Translations under genes and position numbers: made by a program | Shown here: piece by piece, positions 48,780 to 61,637 of the stretch | Layout: every line of letters begins with the position of its first letter | Numbering within the stretch: position 1 is the first letter of the stretch | Notes under the pieces: model-generated | What the model was told of the DNA's origin: nothing | Seen by the model: the letters and a program-made list of their open reading frames with translations, nothing else | The model's database searches: none | Origin: Strigamia acuminata | Taxonomy: Eukaryota | NCBI GenBank assembly: GCA_949358305.1 | Contig: OX442314.1 | Coordinates: 14,508,001-14,572,000 of the forward strand | DNA: 64,000 nt | Reading direction: 5' to 3'

Positions 48780-51700
48780 GGTTCCTGAAGCGACGGCGAG
48801 AAGAGAAGAGAAATAGAGTAGAACTGCGAAACGAACGTCGTTTGACTGCAAATTTGAATGGCTAGGTATCTTTGATGTTTGGAAAAGCCATTCAAGTTTT
48901 AGTGACCACTATGGTTTTAAAGATGGGCTCTCTCCATTGATTTATTGTGGCGGTGGGGCAGTTTCACCACTTTTTATTTCACCTTGTAAAAGAGGGACGA
49001 AAATGAACAATATCGGTCAATTGGGATTAGGTTTTGTGCCTCATTTTCGCTGCAGATGCTCCGGGGGGGTTATCGGTTGGAGATAGCGAGGAACGTGCTG
49101 GAGTCGCGGGGGTGGACGGGCGCCATTCTTTATCAGCCAGGTGTCCTTGAGCAAATAGGCACGCGTCTCCAGGTGAGAGGGAAGAGATAAGATCGATACA
49201 TACCTTGTCGAAAATGGACCCTCTTCTTTATTTCTCTTTTTCAAGAATGCTTTTACACATTGATTGTGCAAAGTAATAAAATTTATTTTATTAGCTCATT
49301 TACTCTACTTTACTAAATGAGCCTAAATGAGAGCTGGAAACACAATTTTGTTCAAATTTTATTTTTGTTTTATTATTATTATGGTTTTATTTGTTTATTT
49401 GGTGGAAAGTTAATTGCAAATGGAAAGTTTTGGATTGACAGTCTTGGGGAATATTACTTAGATTCTAAGTTTTTGTTTACTCTCGTAATAATTTCGGTTT
49501 CGACCGGTTGCAATTGATCACAACCAAGTTGAAGCAGAAAATGGACACCACGATAACTCTACTGGTGATAAGTGTCACGAATAAATTGAGTTTGTGTCAA
49601 TTTTCTGCACAATATATGTTGCAGACAACGAACGAATCAGCAGTTAATGTTTTGCTTCAACATTTTGGCAAATTTTTACGAGTATTTTATCAAATTGATA
49701 CAATTTTGAAAGAAATAAAATGCTTATAAAATTTTGCTCTTTCGCACATTATCTATACATCGTCGACGACAAAATGATAAGTGCACTCCATTTTTCCATC
49801 ATTTCCTTGCAATGTGTGATACAAATAAATACTGAAACATTTGGGGCAATTAATAAACAAACATAAAATTTATTCCCAAAAAAAAAAAAAATTAAAAAAT
49901 AATGATAAACATAACTCGCTCTCGAAGTGAAAAATGTTGTTTACTGTTAAAACTGGACGAACAAAAGCGAGCATTATTTGACACACATTACTGGTTGTAT
50001 GACCCAAAAGCTGGCAGAAAATGGGGCCAACGATAAGAACGAGGATTGATGAAAAGTTTTGAGGGAGAAAAGGCGATTTGACTCGGAGGACTCATAAAAG
50101 AAAGTTAGACGTAGCAATTAGCCCTCAAATGAAGACGAGCCGCCATTAAAAGTGTTGCACGAAGGTCAGATGCCAACGAAATTGCTTCAAAGTGCCATCA
50201 AGTGGCGGCCTGGGGGCTGAAAAGTGAGCGGTAGCTGATACAGCACATGGTCTTACATAGTGTACACAGCTGGGAGCCTCGGGCCTACTATAAGACACAA
50301 ATTTCCTCCCTCCCTTTCCTCTCCCCATTTACTCACCTCACCCATCTTATGGTTCCTTACCTGATACAGTGCCTCAAGCCACACCTTGTTCTCTTATTGC
50401 CGACTAAACCTGTCTGAACAGCTGGCCTTGAGCTTGGCGGATCACCAAAGCAAAATCTGCGCCCATTAACGTGACACTTGTCCAGGTTTCAGTTTCTGTT
50501 GACATGTTTTTTTGAATATATTATTCAATTTGGGTTTTTTTTTTTTTTTTTTTTTTTTTAATTTTGTTGTTTGGAAAAAAGTGAATTGATGTTGGTTATG
50601 TAATAATGAAGACACGATTGAATATTGTTAATGGCGGATCTGTATATTATTGTTGATATCTCAAGTGTGACGAGAACTTGGGGGAAAATGATGATCGGGA
50701 AAGTCCTTGAAGGTGTTGGTGGACTTTTTTTTTTTTCTTGTTGTTTTGTTTGTGTTGTTGTGTGGTTTTTGTTTGAAATCGAAGGCCAAAAACATCGTTG
50801 CATCATTTTTAATTTTTTCGATCTTTATCTGCTGATCTCCATAAATATCAAGGTCGAAATGTTAGAAATAGAAATTTTGGTTTATGGTTTTTTAAAATAT
50901 TTTTTTTATTTTTTTTTTAAAAATAATTTTTTAATTATTTTACCTGAAATTGTTTTAGAAATTTTTTTGGTTGTGGGTGGGGTCAGGTGTGTCCAGATGT
51001 GCACTCGTGTGGTCAGTAAGCGTTGGATTGGGACTCATGTGGTCGAGTGGATGTCCATGGAGAGTTGAATATGAAAGCAACTGACCAAAACGATTCATTT
51101 CCGTTTTGGTGTGATTATCATGATAAATATTTGCTTTAATTATTGCCATTTTTTCTGTTTGCGTCGTTTTTCCTCGAAATTATTAATTATTTTTTTTTAT
51201 TTATTTTTTATTTTTTAATTTTTCTGACATTGGGAAAAATGGCACCAAGGGCGATTTTCGAGGTTTGACTGTTAGAATCGATGAGTGGCTCATTGAAATC
51301 AATTTTTTTTTCTGTTACCTGTCCAGGTGTTTTTCTTTTTGTTAACTTTCCAGCGTTCCCTTTATCCCATTTAGATATATCGCAGGTCAATGGTCATTTT
51401 TTCTGACTCAGTTGCCAACTGGCGAGGGCTCGTGATTGATTTTGTATATATTTTATTACAAAAAATTAAATTACAAGAATCATTAGAACGTGCTGTGACA
51501 ATAAAATACCGAACAATAATTTCATTGTGAGATGCCCAACCGACTTTATGTTGCAAAGTTATCGAAAATGATTTGTTATGGTGAAATTTTTCAGAGAAAT
51601 AAAATAATACATTAAAAAATGTAAACATTTGGCTGCCTGACCGTATGGTTCCACGAAAAAAGAATGAAAAAGCGAGGAGAGTTGACAGTGGGTTGATAAA

Positions 51701-54700
51701 TTGACATTTTTTTATTTATCCATTTGTCAAACCATGACCAATTAATCTGTTCTGCTTGTGTCTGTATTTGAATAAACAAAGAAAGAAAGAAAAACAGTCC
51801 ATTGGATTGAATTTACCTTGTAAAATATTTACCTTGATGTTTATTTATGTTAGCAAATTTTATTCCTAATTTTTTGTCTTTTTTTGTAATTTGTTTTTAA
51901 AAGGTTTGATGATGTTATTCATTTTTTCTTTCGTGAATTATTTAATGTGACTGCGGTGATTACGATGTTTAGGTGAATCATATTCGGAATTGCAAGGCTG
52001 TTCCGCTAAGATGATTGAGATTTTTTTATTTTATTTTTTACATTTTTTTTCGCCTTAATCGTTCTCGCTTCATTAAAAAACAATCGTAAATTTTTACCTT
52101 TTTAATTTTCAATTAGATGTTTTAAATTTCTCACGAATTTGTTTGTTGTCAACAGTTTTTTTTTTCTTGCGAAAATAAAAAGAAACAGACGATTTTTATT
52201 TGTTTGTTTAAAATGAATCACAAACAGCGAAGAAATTTTATGTAAATTCTTACAAAAAAAATATATCTTGTAAATATTTACTTGAAACTATCACTCGCTG
52301 GAATTTTTTTCACTTGATTCACCAACCAAACCGGAAACACCAGTACTCAAAGGCTTCAAAGCGCCATAAAGGGTCTGGCAACACGTACAAATTTACGTGA
52401 CAGGCTTTTGTAGTGTGCGAGGGAGTTGTGACCGTGAAATTATTAATTCCACACCAGACGGGAGATAAAATTGCCAGCAATTAGACTGATTAAAATGTCT
52501 GCTGCTCACTCAATTCGCATCCCCGCCATCTTTGCTTTCGAACACTTTAATAGTACCAACATTTCGATCCCTTCCACAAACTCACGCAGCAAAAACAACA
52601 CAAAACGGGTTTTCGAAGTTTTCGTTCATTTCTTCGACAGTTATAACTTCGAAACGGAATTCTAATCTCCCTTTGCTACAGTGCCATTTCTCCCATGATC
52701 ACTTCTTCGAATGGCTCACTTCTCCGAATGTTCATGTCTAAAAAAAAATATAAAAAAATTCAATTTTCAAAAATTGTGACGTCACAAGTCTCCCATTACC
52801 TCCACTCCGCCCTCGCCTATAGGTGCCGTTTCGCTGGAATTCCCAGCTTAATTGGTCTCGAGATGCCATCGACATGTATGACGTGCCGTAATGATTACTA
52901 TATATCAAGAGTTGTTTTACCCTAGTGGATATTAAAATGGAACGTGCGTCCCAAGCGTCTACTTTTTTGTGTACGTGAAAATTAATTCAGTATTAAGATA
53001 ATAGAAGCATTAATTATTTACTTGTTGTGATGCTGTGATTTGATCAACTGAATAATAATCTGCATCTGTGTGTATCATGGGCGTGTTTATGGGGATAATT
53101 ATTTTTTTCTTTGTGGGGGTTGACTGCACCCCTGCAGGAGTTTATTAATAAGGCAGTTTAATTAGCAGTGTGGATCGTGGAAGTGTAATTTGGTAGTAGG
53201 AGAGAATTTTAATTAGTGATTTCTCAGTGCCTGAAGATTGGTTCGATAATGAATTTAATCTCGTACTTCGAAAGAACCGCCTTTGCGTCATTGATACAAT
53301 AGGAAAGTGATTTTAATGACATTGATGGCGCTTTAAACTGTGAACAATTAATCAAAACCAGAAGCTTTCTATCAAAAGATCATCTTCAGTTGTCAAGCGA
53401 CGACCATTGAAGATTGAAGCGCCATTAATGTCCAAAGAAAGATTCAAACAGAGGTGTCTTCTGTGACTTTCTCACTGCTTTTGCAAAAGTTACAAATTGT
53501 ATTGCTACCATTTATTCATTTATTCATTTATTCGCTTGTTTTGTAACGGTGCCCAACTGTGTGGCCCAGGGCCTCGGAAATCCACTGTCTGCCTTTCGAG
53601 GTGTAATCTGATGTGGTCTACAATTAATTATGCAAAAACTGGAGTAAAGGGATACTAATTGACCCAGACAGATAAATAATGTCGCCACCACAACACTTAC
53701 CGTGCTTGGCATAAGTTTTCTCTCCTCATTGCTTGTAAATCTCATATTCATTACCGCATCAACAGAACTAATAATATTGTTTTATCTGTTTGTGAAACAT
53801 GGTTGTTATTGTCCAAACCAAGTAGTCCACAATGGACTTGAACATTCTTTTATGGCTTAAACTGCATTGCAAAACTTGACTGCTGCTTGATATTTGTTGT
53901 AATACAGAGTATTGCCACTAATGACAGAAAAAACATATCAGGCATTAAATCAACTAATTTAATGATCGTTATGCAGAGGCTGATTATTTGCTCCCAAGAT
54001 TTTATCAGCATCTGTCATGGTGAGTGCTTGGAAGGATGACCTACTGGGAATCCCAGTTGTTTTTCATTCTTGTCTACTGTTTTTATTGCAAGAACAACTG
54101 GCTATTGGCCTATAAATGGATGTTCTGCGTGTTCCCCAAGCTCTTGGAGCAAATGCGTCATTGATTGCTCAGAATAAAGTTATTTTACAAAACTGTCCTT
54201 ACATGTAATGCTATGGCCTTTGGGATAATGCCCAATTTAAATTGAAAATTCAAATACGGTGCAATTGTTGTCCCAAGACCGCAATGTTGTGTGATATTTT
54301 GTTACTATAAATAGTTTTTCGAATGTATAGTATTGTTGAATTATTCTAGAAAGTTCTATTAGACATCTGCACACGACTGTGTATTGTTGTGAACTATTGC
54401 AGTTTAGTTCCTGCATTAAAACGTTATCGTTTAGATGTTTGTTACAACTCGTCCCGAATCATCATTTCACCAACACCATTGTTTTTCCACATGTTGAAGC
54501 TATACCGTAAACGCATGCGCCATTGCATTTCTATTTGCTGAATTCATCCTAGTCTTGTGAGCTAATTGCAACTGGGATGGTGATTGCATTGACCCATTGT
54601 AGCGGGGTGAAGCTAAAAGTCGCAACCTCAGGTTTTTCCATCACAACCACTATGTAATGACCAAATGGTATTGCTGTGGTGGAAGGTGTGCGCGGATAGA

Positions 54701-55039
54701 AAGTTCTGGAAAACACTAGCTGTATTCAAAAAGTTGTGTTACAAGTGTTTTGGGTGTTTTTGTTTTGGTATTTATTTAACATCGCAAAACAAAAAAATCT
54801 AACACACTTGCAACAACGTTTTTAATGCAGTGTTGAAAAGGCAATTAATGTTTGTATTGAAATGCATATGTATTGTACATAAACATTTTCTGTTCGTTTA
54901 AATTAATAAACGACAAAATGGCTAGGCATGGATTTAAATATTAAATTTTGAAATCTTGAAAGATATGAATGGATTTTTGTTGAAATTGTAGATGATATTT
55001 TCTGAAGTGACTGAAATTGGTTTTGCTTTTTGTCGCTAG

Positions 55040-55203
55040 GTGGCACCACCTCACTGACGGAGCTATGGCTAGGCAATTCAGCGAAAGTGCGCTGGGAAGC
55101 GTTTTTGGGCTGCTTTAATAACACGTTTAGTCATCGACTATTGTTCGAACGTGTGCCTACTCATTTTATCGTATTATGTTGTGTACTAAATCACATGATT
55201 CAG
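55040..55203 (+). CDS. FAM120B: FAM120B-like coding exon 2
   Basis: GGTTSLTELWL resembles the FAM120B GGTPSL..LWL segment (from memory); phase-1 acceptor CGCTAG matches the exon-1 donor; donor CAG|GTGAAA. Confidence 0.85.
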
Positions 55204-55266
55204 GTGAAACAACTTTACGTCGATGAAAAAAAATCAATATTAATTTAAATGTGAAATTTTTTTTAG

Positions 55267-55359
55267 AATTTGAAAATTGAAGAGTGGGAAATTGATTCAT
55301 TTATTGCTCAAGCAGTCATCGTAAACAATTGCGATTTATCATTTCTGAAGAAAATTGAT
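55267..55359 (+). CDS. FAM120B: FAM120B-like coding exon 3
   Basis: NLKIEEWEIDSFIAQAVIVNNCDLSFLKKID contains the FAM120 FIAQA motif; TTTTAG acceptor; the donor GAT|GTATTT is weaker, so the 3' edge is less certain. Confidence 0.78.
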
Positions 55360-55435
55360 GTATTTGAACTTGTTAAAAAATTATTTTTTGTGATAAACTT
55401 TGTGAAATTTTTTTTTTTAATTATATTTCTTGAAG

Positions 55436-55642
55436 ATCGATCGACTTAATGCTCGTGCAGTTCATCTGAGTAGTATTTTTATGCGGGGCGTGTCATGTTC
55501 GTTACTCGTTCTGAGCACGTGCGGCTACCCGTTTCCGATGTCAAAAGCGATGCCATGGAACTTCTTCGACGGAAAACTTTTCCACCGCTGTTATTTACGT
55601 GCCAAGCAGAAGGAAAGTTTCGTTAATCGCCGCGACAAGTTT
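55436..55642 (+). CDS. FAM120B: FAM120B-like coding exon 4
   Basis: RAVHLSSIFMRG...CGYPFP...MPWNFFDGKLFH is the FAM120/Asteroid C-terminal signature; donor TTT|GTAAGT. Confidence 0.9.
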
Positions 55643-55754
55643 GTAAGTTTTTTCAAGGTCTTTTTTGCTGTTCGAATTATTTTTCTCATTGTTTTTTTCC
55701 TTTTTATTTATTTTACTTTATTTATTTTTATTTTTGTTTCTTTTTTGGCTACAG

Positions 55755-55835
55755 AAATTTCCACACCCATTGTTTACAGAATTAAAAGGTGTGGTTGTTG
55801 AGAATTCAAAATTTCATAAGCAAACAACTCAGTAA
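55755..55835 (+). CDS. FAM120B: FAM120B-like terminal coding exon
   Basis: Long pyrimidine tract plus TACAG acceptor; phase 0 KFPHPLFTELKGVVVENSKFHKQTTQ-TAA; total CDS 1788 nt = 595 aa plus stop. Confidence 0.75.
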   Translation, partial: KFPHPLFTELKGVVVENSKFHKQTTQ

Positions 55836-56176
55836 ATATACTTTACTTATACGACGATGGATTTTTTTTTTCAACATTTTTTATTCTGATATTGATCTTA
55901 AATCCCTTTTGTTTTCGTTTAATTTTGTTGAATCTAGTAAATATTTTGATTCTAAAGAGATGGCGCCACTAGTCTGTATGTGGTGGTGGCCTGGTGGGAA
56001 AATCGGCAAAGTTAGGACTAATAGTAATATTTTAGATATTTTAATTGCATATATTTTTGTTTTTAAGAAAATTCGCACGGAATATTTTAAAAAAGAATTT
56101 GACAAATTAAAAACAAATTACAATGTACCCGTTTGATACAATTCTTATGTATCCCAATACAAAAGATTATTTTTGA

Positions 56177-56225
56177 AATAAAAATAAATCCAGATTTTCA
56201 ATTGTTAAATAAAGTTCAAAATAAA
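56177..56225 (+). terminator. Candidate FAM120-like polyadenylation signal cluster
   Basis: Several AATAAA hexamers 340-390 nt after the stop codon. Confidence 0.4.
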
Positions 56226-59200
56226 AACATGAAATGTAGCACTTCTTCAATTTTCACCAAAATCGTAAGTTCTCGCATTCTCTAATCCCCAACAGATGGC
56301 GTCACCATCTTTGACCAGCACGTTTTTCACATGCCTTTTGAGTTTTCCCCGAGTTTTCCTTTCCTAATTTGATGTGCAGTCGTAAATCAATTATCTAAAT
56401 TTTTAATATTTTTGGTAGAATCGGATTAAATTGCTGTTTTTAATCTGTGCTTTATTCAACCAACTTTAAAATAAACAAACGATCATAAATTTGTAAAATT
56501 ATAATTTATAAAAATAAAAAAAATGGTAAACACAATACTTTAATTAAATTCAAAATCGAATAAAACATTCAAAACAAAAGGAAACCTTATCTTTAAATAA
56601 ATAAAAAATAAAAAAAGATTTTTTTTTTTTTTTTTTTTATAAAAGCTGGGAAAAAAATTGATTGATTCTACAGCCTCTGGTCTTTGGAGATAAAATAGTG
56701 AATTACAAACCGATTTCATCACTGCTCCACTACCAGGAAAAATATAGCAGGGGAGTGATGAGCTGAGTTTGAGTGTAGCCAGACCCCATTGGCTTAATAG
56801 GAAACGAATGGGGGAGAAATAGAAAGCAGTACACGTGGTGTTAATAACGAAGCGAAATCACGCCATGAACAGAAACAGATGATTACTCACTCATTATGCG
56901 ACAACATGTCGATCACATGGGAAAAGAACTGCGCCGAACTGCTAAAAATAAAAATAAAAAACATCATAAAGACATTTGCCACGACAATCACGTTACCTTT
57001 AATGTTTAATCTATGAGATAATCATCTTTTTATTGCTTTTTCTCCCCTTTTTTCATACCCTGATGATGACATTGGCCGAAGAAGAGGTTTGCAAAATGTC
57101 GCACTGCCAATAAATCAGACTCATTATCTTCAACTCAGTGATGATGATGAGCTTTGTGTTTGTCGAAAACTCGACACGAATGGGAAGTGGTGTTGTGGGG
57201 TCCACCGGGGAATTAATCCCGTCGATCAATGGGAATTAAACCAATGTTTACACACAAGAGCGAACCGACTGATTTCCTTTCCTGTTCGTAAATCATTTGT
57301 GTTTTTATTATTTTTGTTGGATATTTTTTTTGTTTGGATTTAATCTCGTAGAAAATAGACGAGGCTATTGTCTCTCTACATCAACTTGTTTAAATCCCAA
57401 ATGCAATTTACTTTTCTGCTGTAGTAGCCCCAGAAACGAGAACCCCGCTGGGCCTTGCCCTTTTGCTGCCCTTCTTTTTTAAAGGGACCGGGCGCAGCCA
57501 AATTTAAGCAACGGGTGAGAGGAGAGTAAATGGTTCCCGATGGAGGCCAAGTTGAATGGGAGGTTTAAGGACGGATTGACGCGATTGAACAAAAGAATCT
57601 TCTTTCTTCAACTCACCCTTGTCCCGGGCGATTTTCTCCTCGTTTTGTCAAACTAATGTTGACGTTAAATGATAAAAAGTTGCTGCTTAAGCTGTTTAAT
57701 TAGTGTAAAATAATTTTAGACCGCCTTGTGGCTATGACCCATTTGCTAATGATAGACCATTCGGTAAAGGGGTCCATGAAAAGGGGCTCAGGAAGGCATA
57801 TTTAGGCGATGAGCGCCGTGTAATTTGCCTCGTTTCTTCAACTGATTGCGAGTCTGACAGAAAGGTTTCGGTCAGTCCTTGTTTTTATGCTTTTTTTTTT
57901 ATTTATGTGAGGTTGTTGAAGACTATGATTAAAGTTGGCGAATATTTGTTTTACCTTCAGTTTGCCTTGAGGGGAAAGAGAGTGAGTGACCGCTCGGATA
58001 TGCAGGTGGTTTTTGGAGTCTTTAATCATCTAAGTGGGCAGACATTTTGTGTTGATAGCGAATCAACTTGGGAAATTGCTAGTGCACGAGTTTAAATTCG
58101 AATCGGAATGATTTAGGAGGAAATCGGATTTATTGAGCAGCAAATGCATTTGAAATGAAGTGAGTGCCAATTAAAAGTGTTTTCCTTTCTTCTTACGCTT
58201 CTGCGACGTCGGGCGAGTGCAGTGAGCCGTGAAACGAGGAAATGATGTGCATTTTTGATTAGTTGCAATTCCGAATTTGTTTGAATTTGACTGATTTTCG
58301 TTTTAATTTAATACACAGGTGGGGAGAGAAAAATCTACATTTTAATGGGATAATCTTGAAGAAAAAAAATGTTACCATTCAATAGCTTAATGACATCGAG
58401 TTTTCAAAATTTGTGCGCAGGAAACATTAACTTTTAAACTCCATTAAAGCTTTCGCAACAAATGTATAGCAAATGCCAACTTCCTTTATCACTGAAAACA
58501 ATCAACAAATATCATTGCCATCGGCTCTTTCCAAATTATCCAAGACGCGACATCCAAAGCAGATGTTTGTTACTCTAATGGACTTCCTTCAAATTTGATT
58601 AAATGTCAGGGGCATGGAATCAGATGTCGCTCTACACAAACACAATCAAAAACTTTTCCATTAATTTTTCTTCTTCTCCTAAACTTCAACTTTCGCTACA
58701 AAGAGATAATAAATAACCGCTAAATGTTCCCCGCTAAATCTTACAACAACGTAGCATGAAAAATGTTTGTGTACATATCTTTATAACTCGAGTAATTAAA
58801 AACGTTAACTGCACACGACACTCGAAAATATTTACTCATTGTGTAATTAATGGCAGGCCATAAAACGAAATATAAAGATGTCCACCTGACACGGCCAACT
58901 CAATAAAAAGCCATGAAGCGGGAAAATGTGATACGCACGTAAAAACAGCATGAATTTTCTTTATTTCCTTTCGTGCTGGCACCGAACAAGTTGCCATAGT
59001 GACTGTACGGTGACACCGGTAGCGGATCGTGTATGTCTCCCATATTGGAGAAGTGGGAATAAACGAATTTGCTTATCTCACGCACACACTACACCAGTTG
59101 TTCCCTTCATTTGTGCACTTATATTCCGAAAAAAATCACCCAAATTTGCATTGGGTTATGAAATGAGAGACGAGGTGATGAATCGAGATTAGATAAGGGG

Positions 59201-61637
59201 AGAAAACAAGTTGTCGTGATATTCTTATCGCCATCGTCGTAAAATGGAATTATTTACATGAATCCATTAATTAAAAATATGAAAAAAATTAAAAAGTGTA
59301 AGCAAAAACTAATGAATTATTCATCAGCAAAAGTAATTTTATTCTACCACGCATGCATGATGTATATGAAAAAGTTTGAAATCAAATATTTATAATTTTT
59401 ATATTTTTTAATATAAAAGTGAATGTAGGCGTATAGTAATGTGATGACATTTTTGATCGATATGTTGTCAACTCGTATTGATTGATCGATCCAACTTGCA
59501 AACCCCCACAATCATGTTTGAGGGTAAACTGAGAGGAGAAGGTAAATAAGGTATGCTAGGTGTTGCTAGGGGTTTCAAAATTGAAAAATTGGAAAAGAAA
59601 TGGTGTAAGAAGAGAGTGCTGCATGGTCTTGTCTTCCTTTTGTCCATTGAAAATGAAGCAGGTCACAAGCTTGTTCCTTTGATCCCTTTCTTTAGACTTG
59701 ACGCAAAGAAAAATAGGTTTTTCATGTCACCTCAGTGGTGAAGGACAGGGTTGTGTTAGTGACGTGGTTGCTATTGACTACAGAAAATCGGGTGTTTGTG
59801 TTTCTCCAGCGCAGAATTTTCACGCTACGTTACTTTACCTACTTGTGTTGGTTGATGCAACCGCAGCAGATTTAACCGATTTTTGCGGTGCGAGCGAAAA
59901 CTAACGAAATTGTCAATACATTTTTCACAAAGCCTCGGTTTAGCTTGTTGTAGCTTGTGCGCTAGTTAGGCACAGCCCAGATTCGCGATGTTGGATCATA
60001 TTTTTTAAACCGTCGTGTTTTGATTTGTGGATAAAATGATGAAAAAAACCACTGTCTGTGATGTGTAGTTAGTATGATGTATAGTTAGTAAGATGGTGGT
60101 CCAAGATGGCGGAAATAGAACTTTGCACAGTTAAAAGAAAAGAGATTATTGGAGTGTTTTGACGGGTGAGATGATCAGAGGGATCACACCAAAGTGTGAA
60201 TAATTAAAAATCGTTAATTGTAAAAATAGATGGGAGTTAGTGATAAAGAAAATGAGATGCACAGACTTTGGCTTAAATACGTCTGAATATTTAGACCGAA
60301 TATCATGCCCGTGACAAATTATTACCAACAGGGAAGTTATTAGAAGAGTGTTGGTGGTGTTGTTTTTTGCAGTATATACTTTGTGTGTGAAGATAAGTGA
60401 ATGAAAAAGATAGGAGAATAAAAAATGGGTGTTGCTTTCCCTTACACGACAAGCATGCAGTGCTATTTGCCAGTCACAAGTCTAATCTCATTACGCAATC
60501 TGATGGATCGAAAATTGTGTATTTTTTATGATTTTTTGGGAAGAAAAAGTGCTTTCATTGAAAGGGAGATAGAAAAGTACTGTATTGACGCGAATTTAAG
60601 GACATACCAATAAATGTGGATTTTTTTTTTAGAAAATTTCTTAGAAAATGATAATTAACTGAATCATGCTCGTAAAAGTGAATTTTTTTCTAGGAATTTA
60701 ATTTACAAAGAGGCTTTTTTTAAAATAAAAAAATCAATTTAATTGAAAAACTTATTAAGTTACTTACTTAAATTAAATGTTTTTAATTTGACCAAAACAG
60801 AAAAAATAAATTTTCTATTTTTAATCTATTTCTGCTATAATGGAACTAAACACAATTATCTCGTGAACGAAATTAATAACAATGACTCGCTAGTTTAGTT
60901 TCACAAAAAATTAAAAAAAACAAAAACAAAAAAAATAAAAGAATCACTGCAAGTTAGGACATAATGATCCTACTGTGCTGATGGAAGCAAACCACACTTG
61001 CACTAGACAAACTGTCATTAATCTTTTTTTTCTCTTTCTTTCTGCACCATCTCTCATTCTCATTCCTCTCTCATGGTGTTAATAAGTTAAAACAAGGCTT
61101 CTATTCTATACCAGATGTTTCAATTTGTTATTTTTTTTAATAGAACGTGTTCTCTATTTAATTACAACTCCCGATTCATCATTTTTATTCGACATTTTGC
61201 CCCAAACGGCCTGCCATACTTGATTGCACTTTCAGCCACGGGAGAGGCTTGGCGCTGCCATCGGCCCACATTTGTCTACATTTTGTCCAGATTCGAGCCA
61301 GCTCTAGCGAGTAGCGACTGCATTCAGTTTACTCTCCTCCCTGCTGTACGGTAGTGTGGCAAATGGGGCTGTCAGTGCCGCGTGAATTACGCAACCCAAT
61401 GTTTGCACAAGGTGATAGACATGCCAATCACCTATTAATTCGCTGAAAGCTCGCCATATTTTCCTAGTTTAAACCCGAAGCGAGTCGAAACGAGCTGTTG
61501 GGGCTGTGGTCGGCGAAACGTGCCAAATTACCGGACGATCTGCGCAATTTGTCAAGTGAGAAACGAACTGAAACATGGGATTATCGCGTGAAACAGAGAG
61601 CGAGCAGTTGCTACTTTGTCGCGCACGGTGAAGTTGG

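Noticed and set aside
52380..52760. CpG-richer island with repeated TTCGAA and a minus-strand acceptor-like site, as a nested gene
   Set aside because: Reading frames on both strands are short and I found no recognisable domain; a non-coding exon cannot be excluded but is unsupported.
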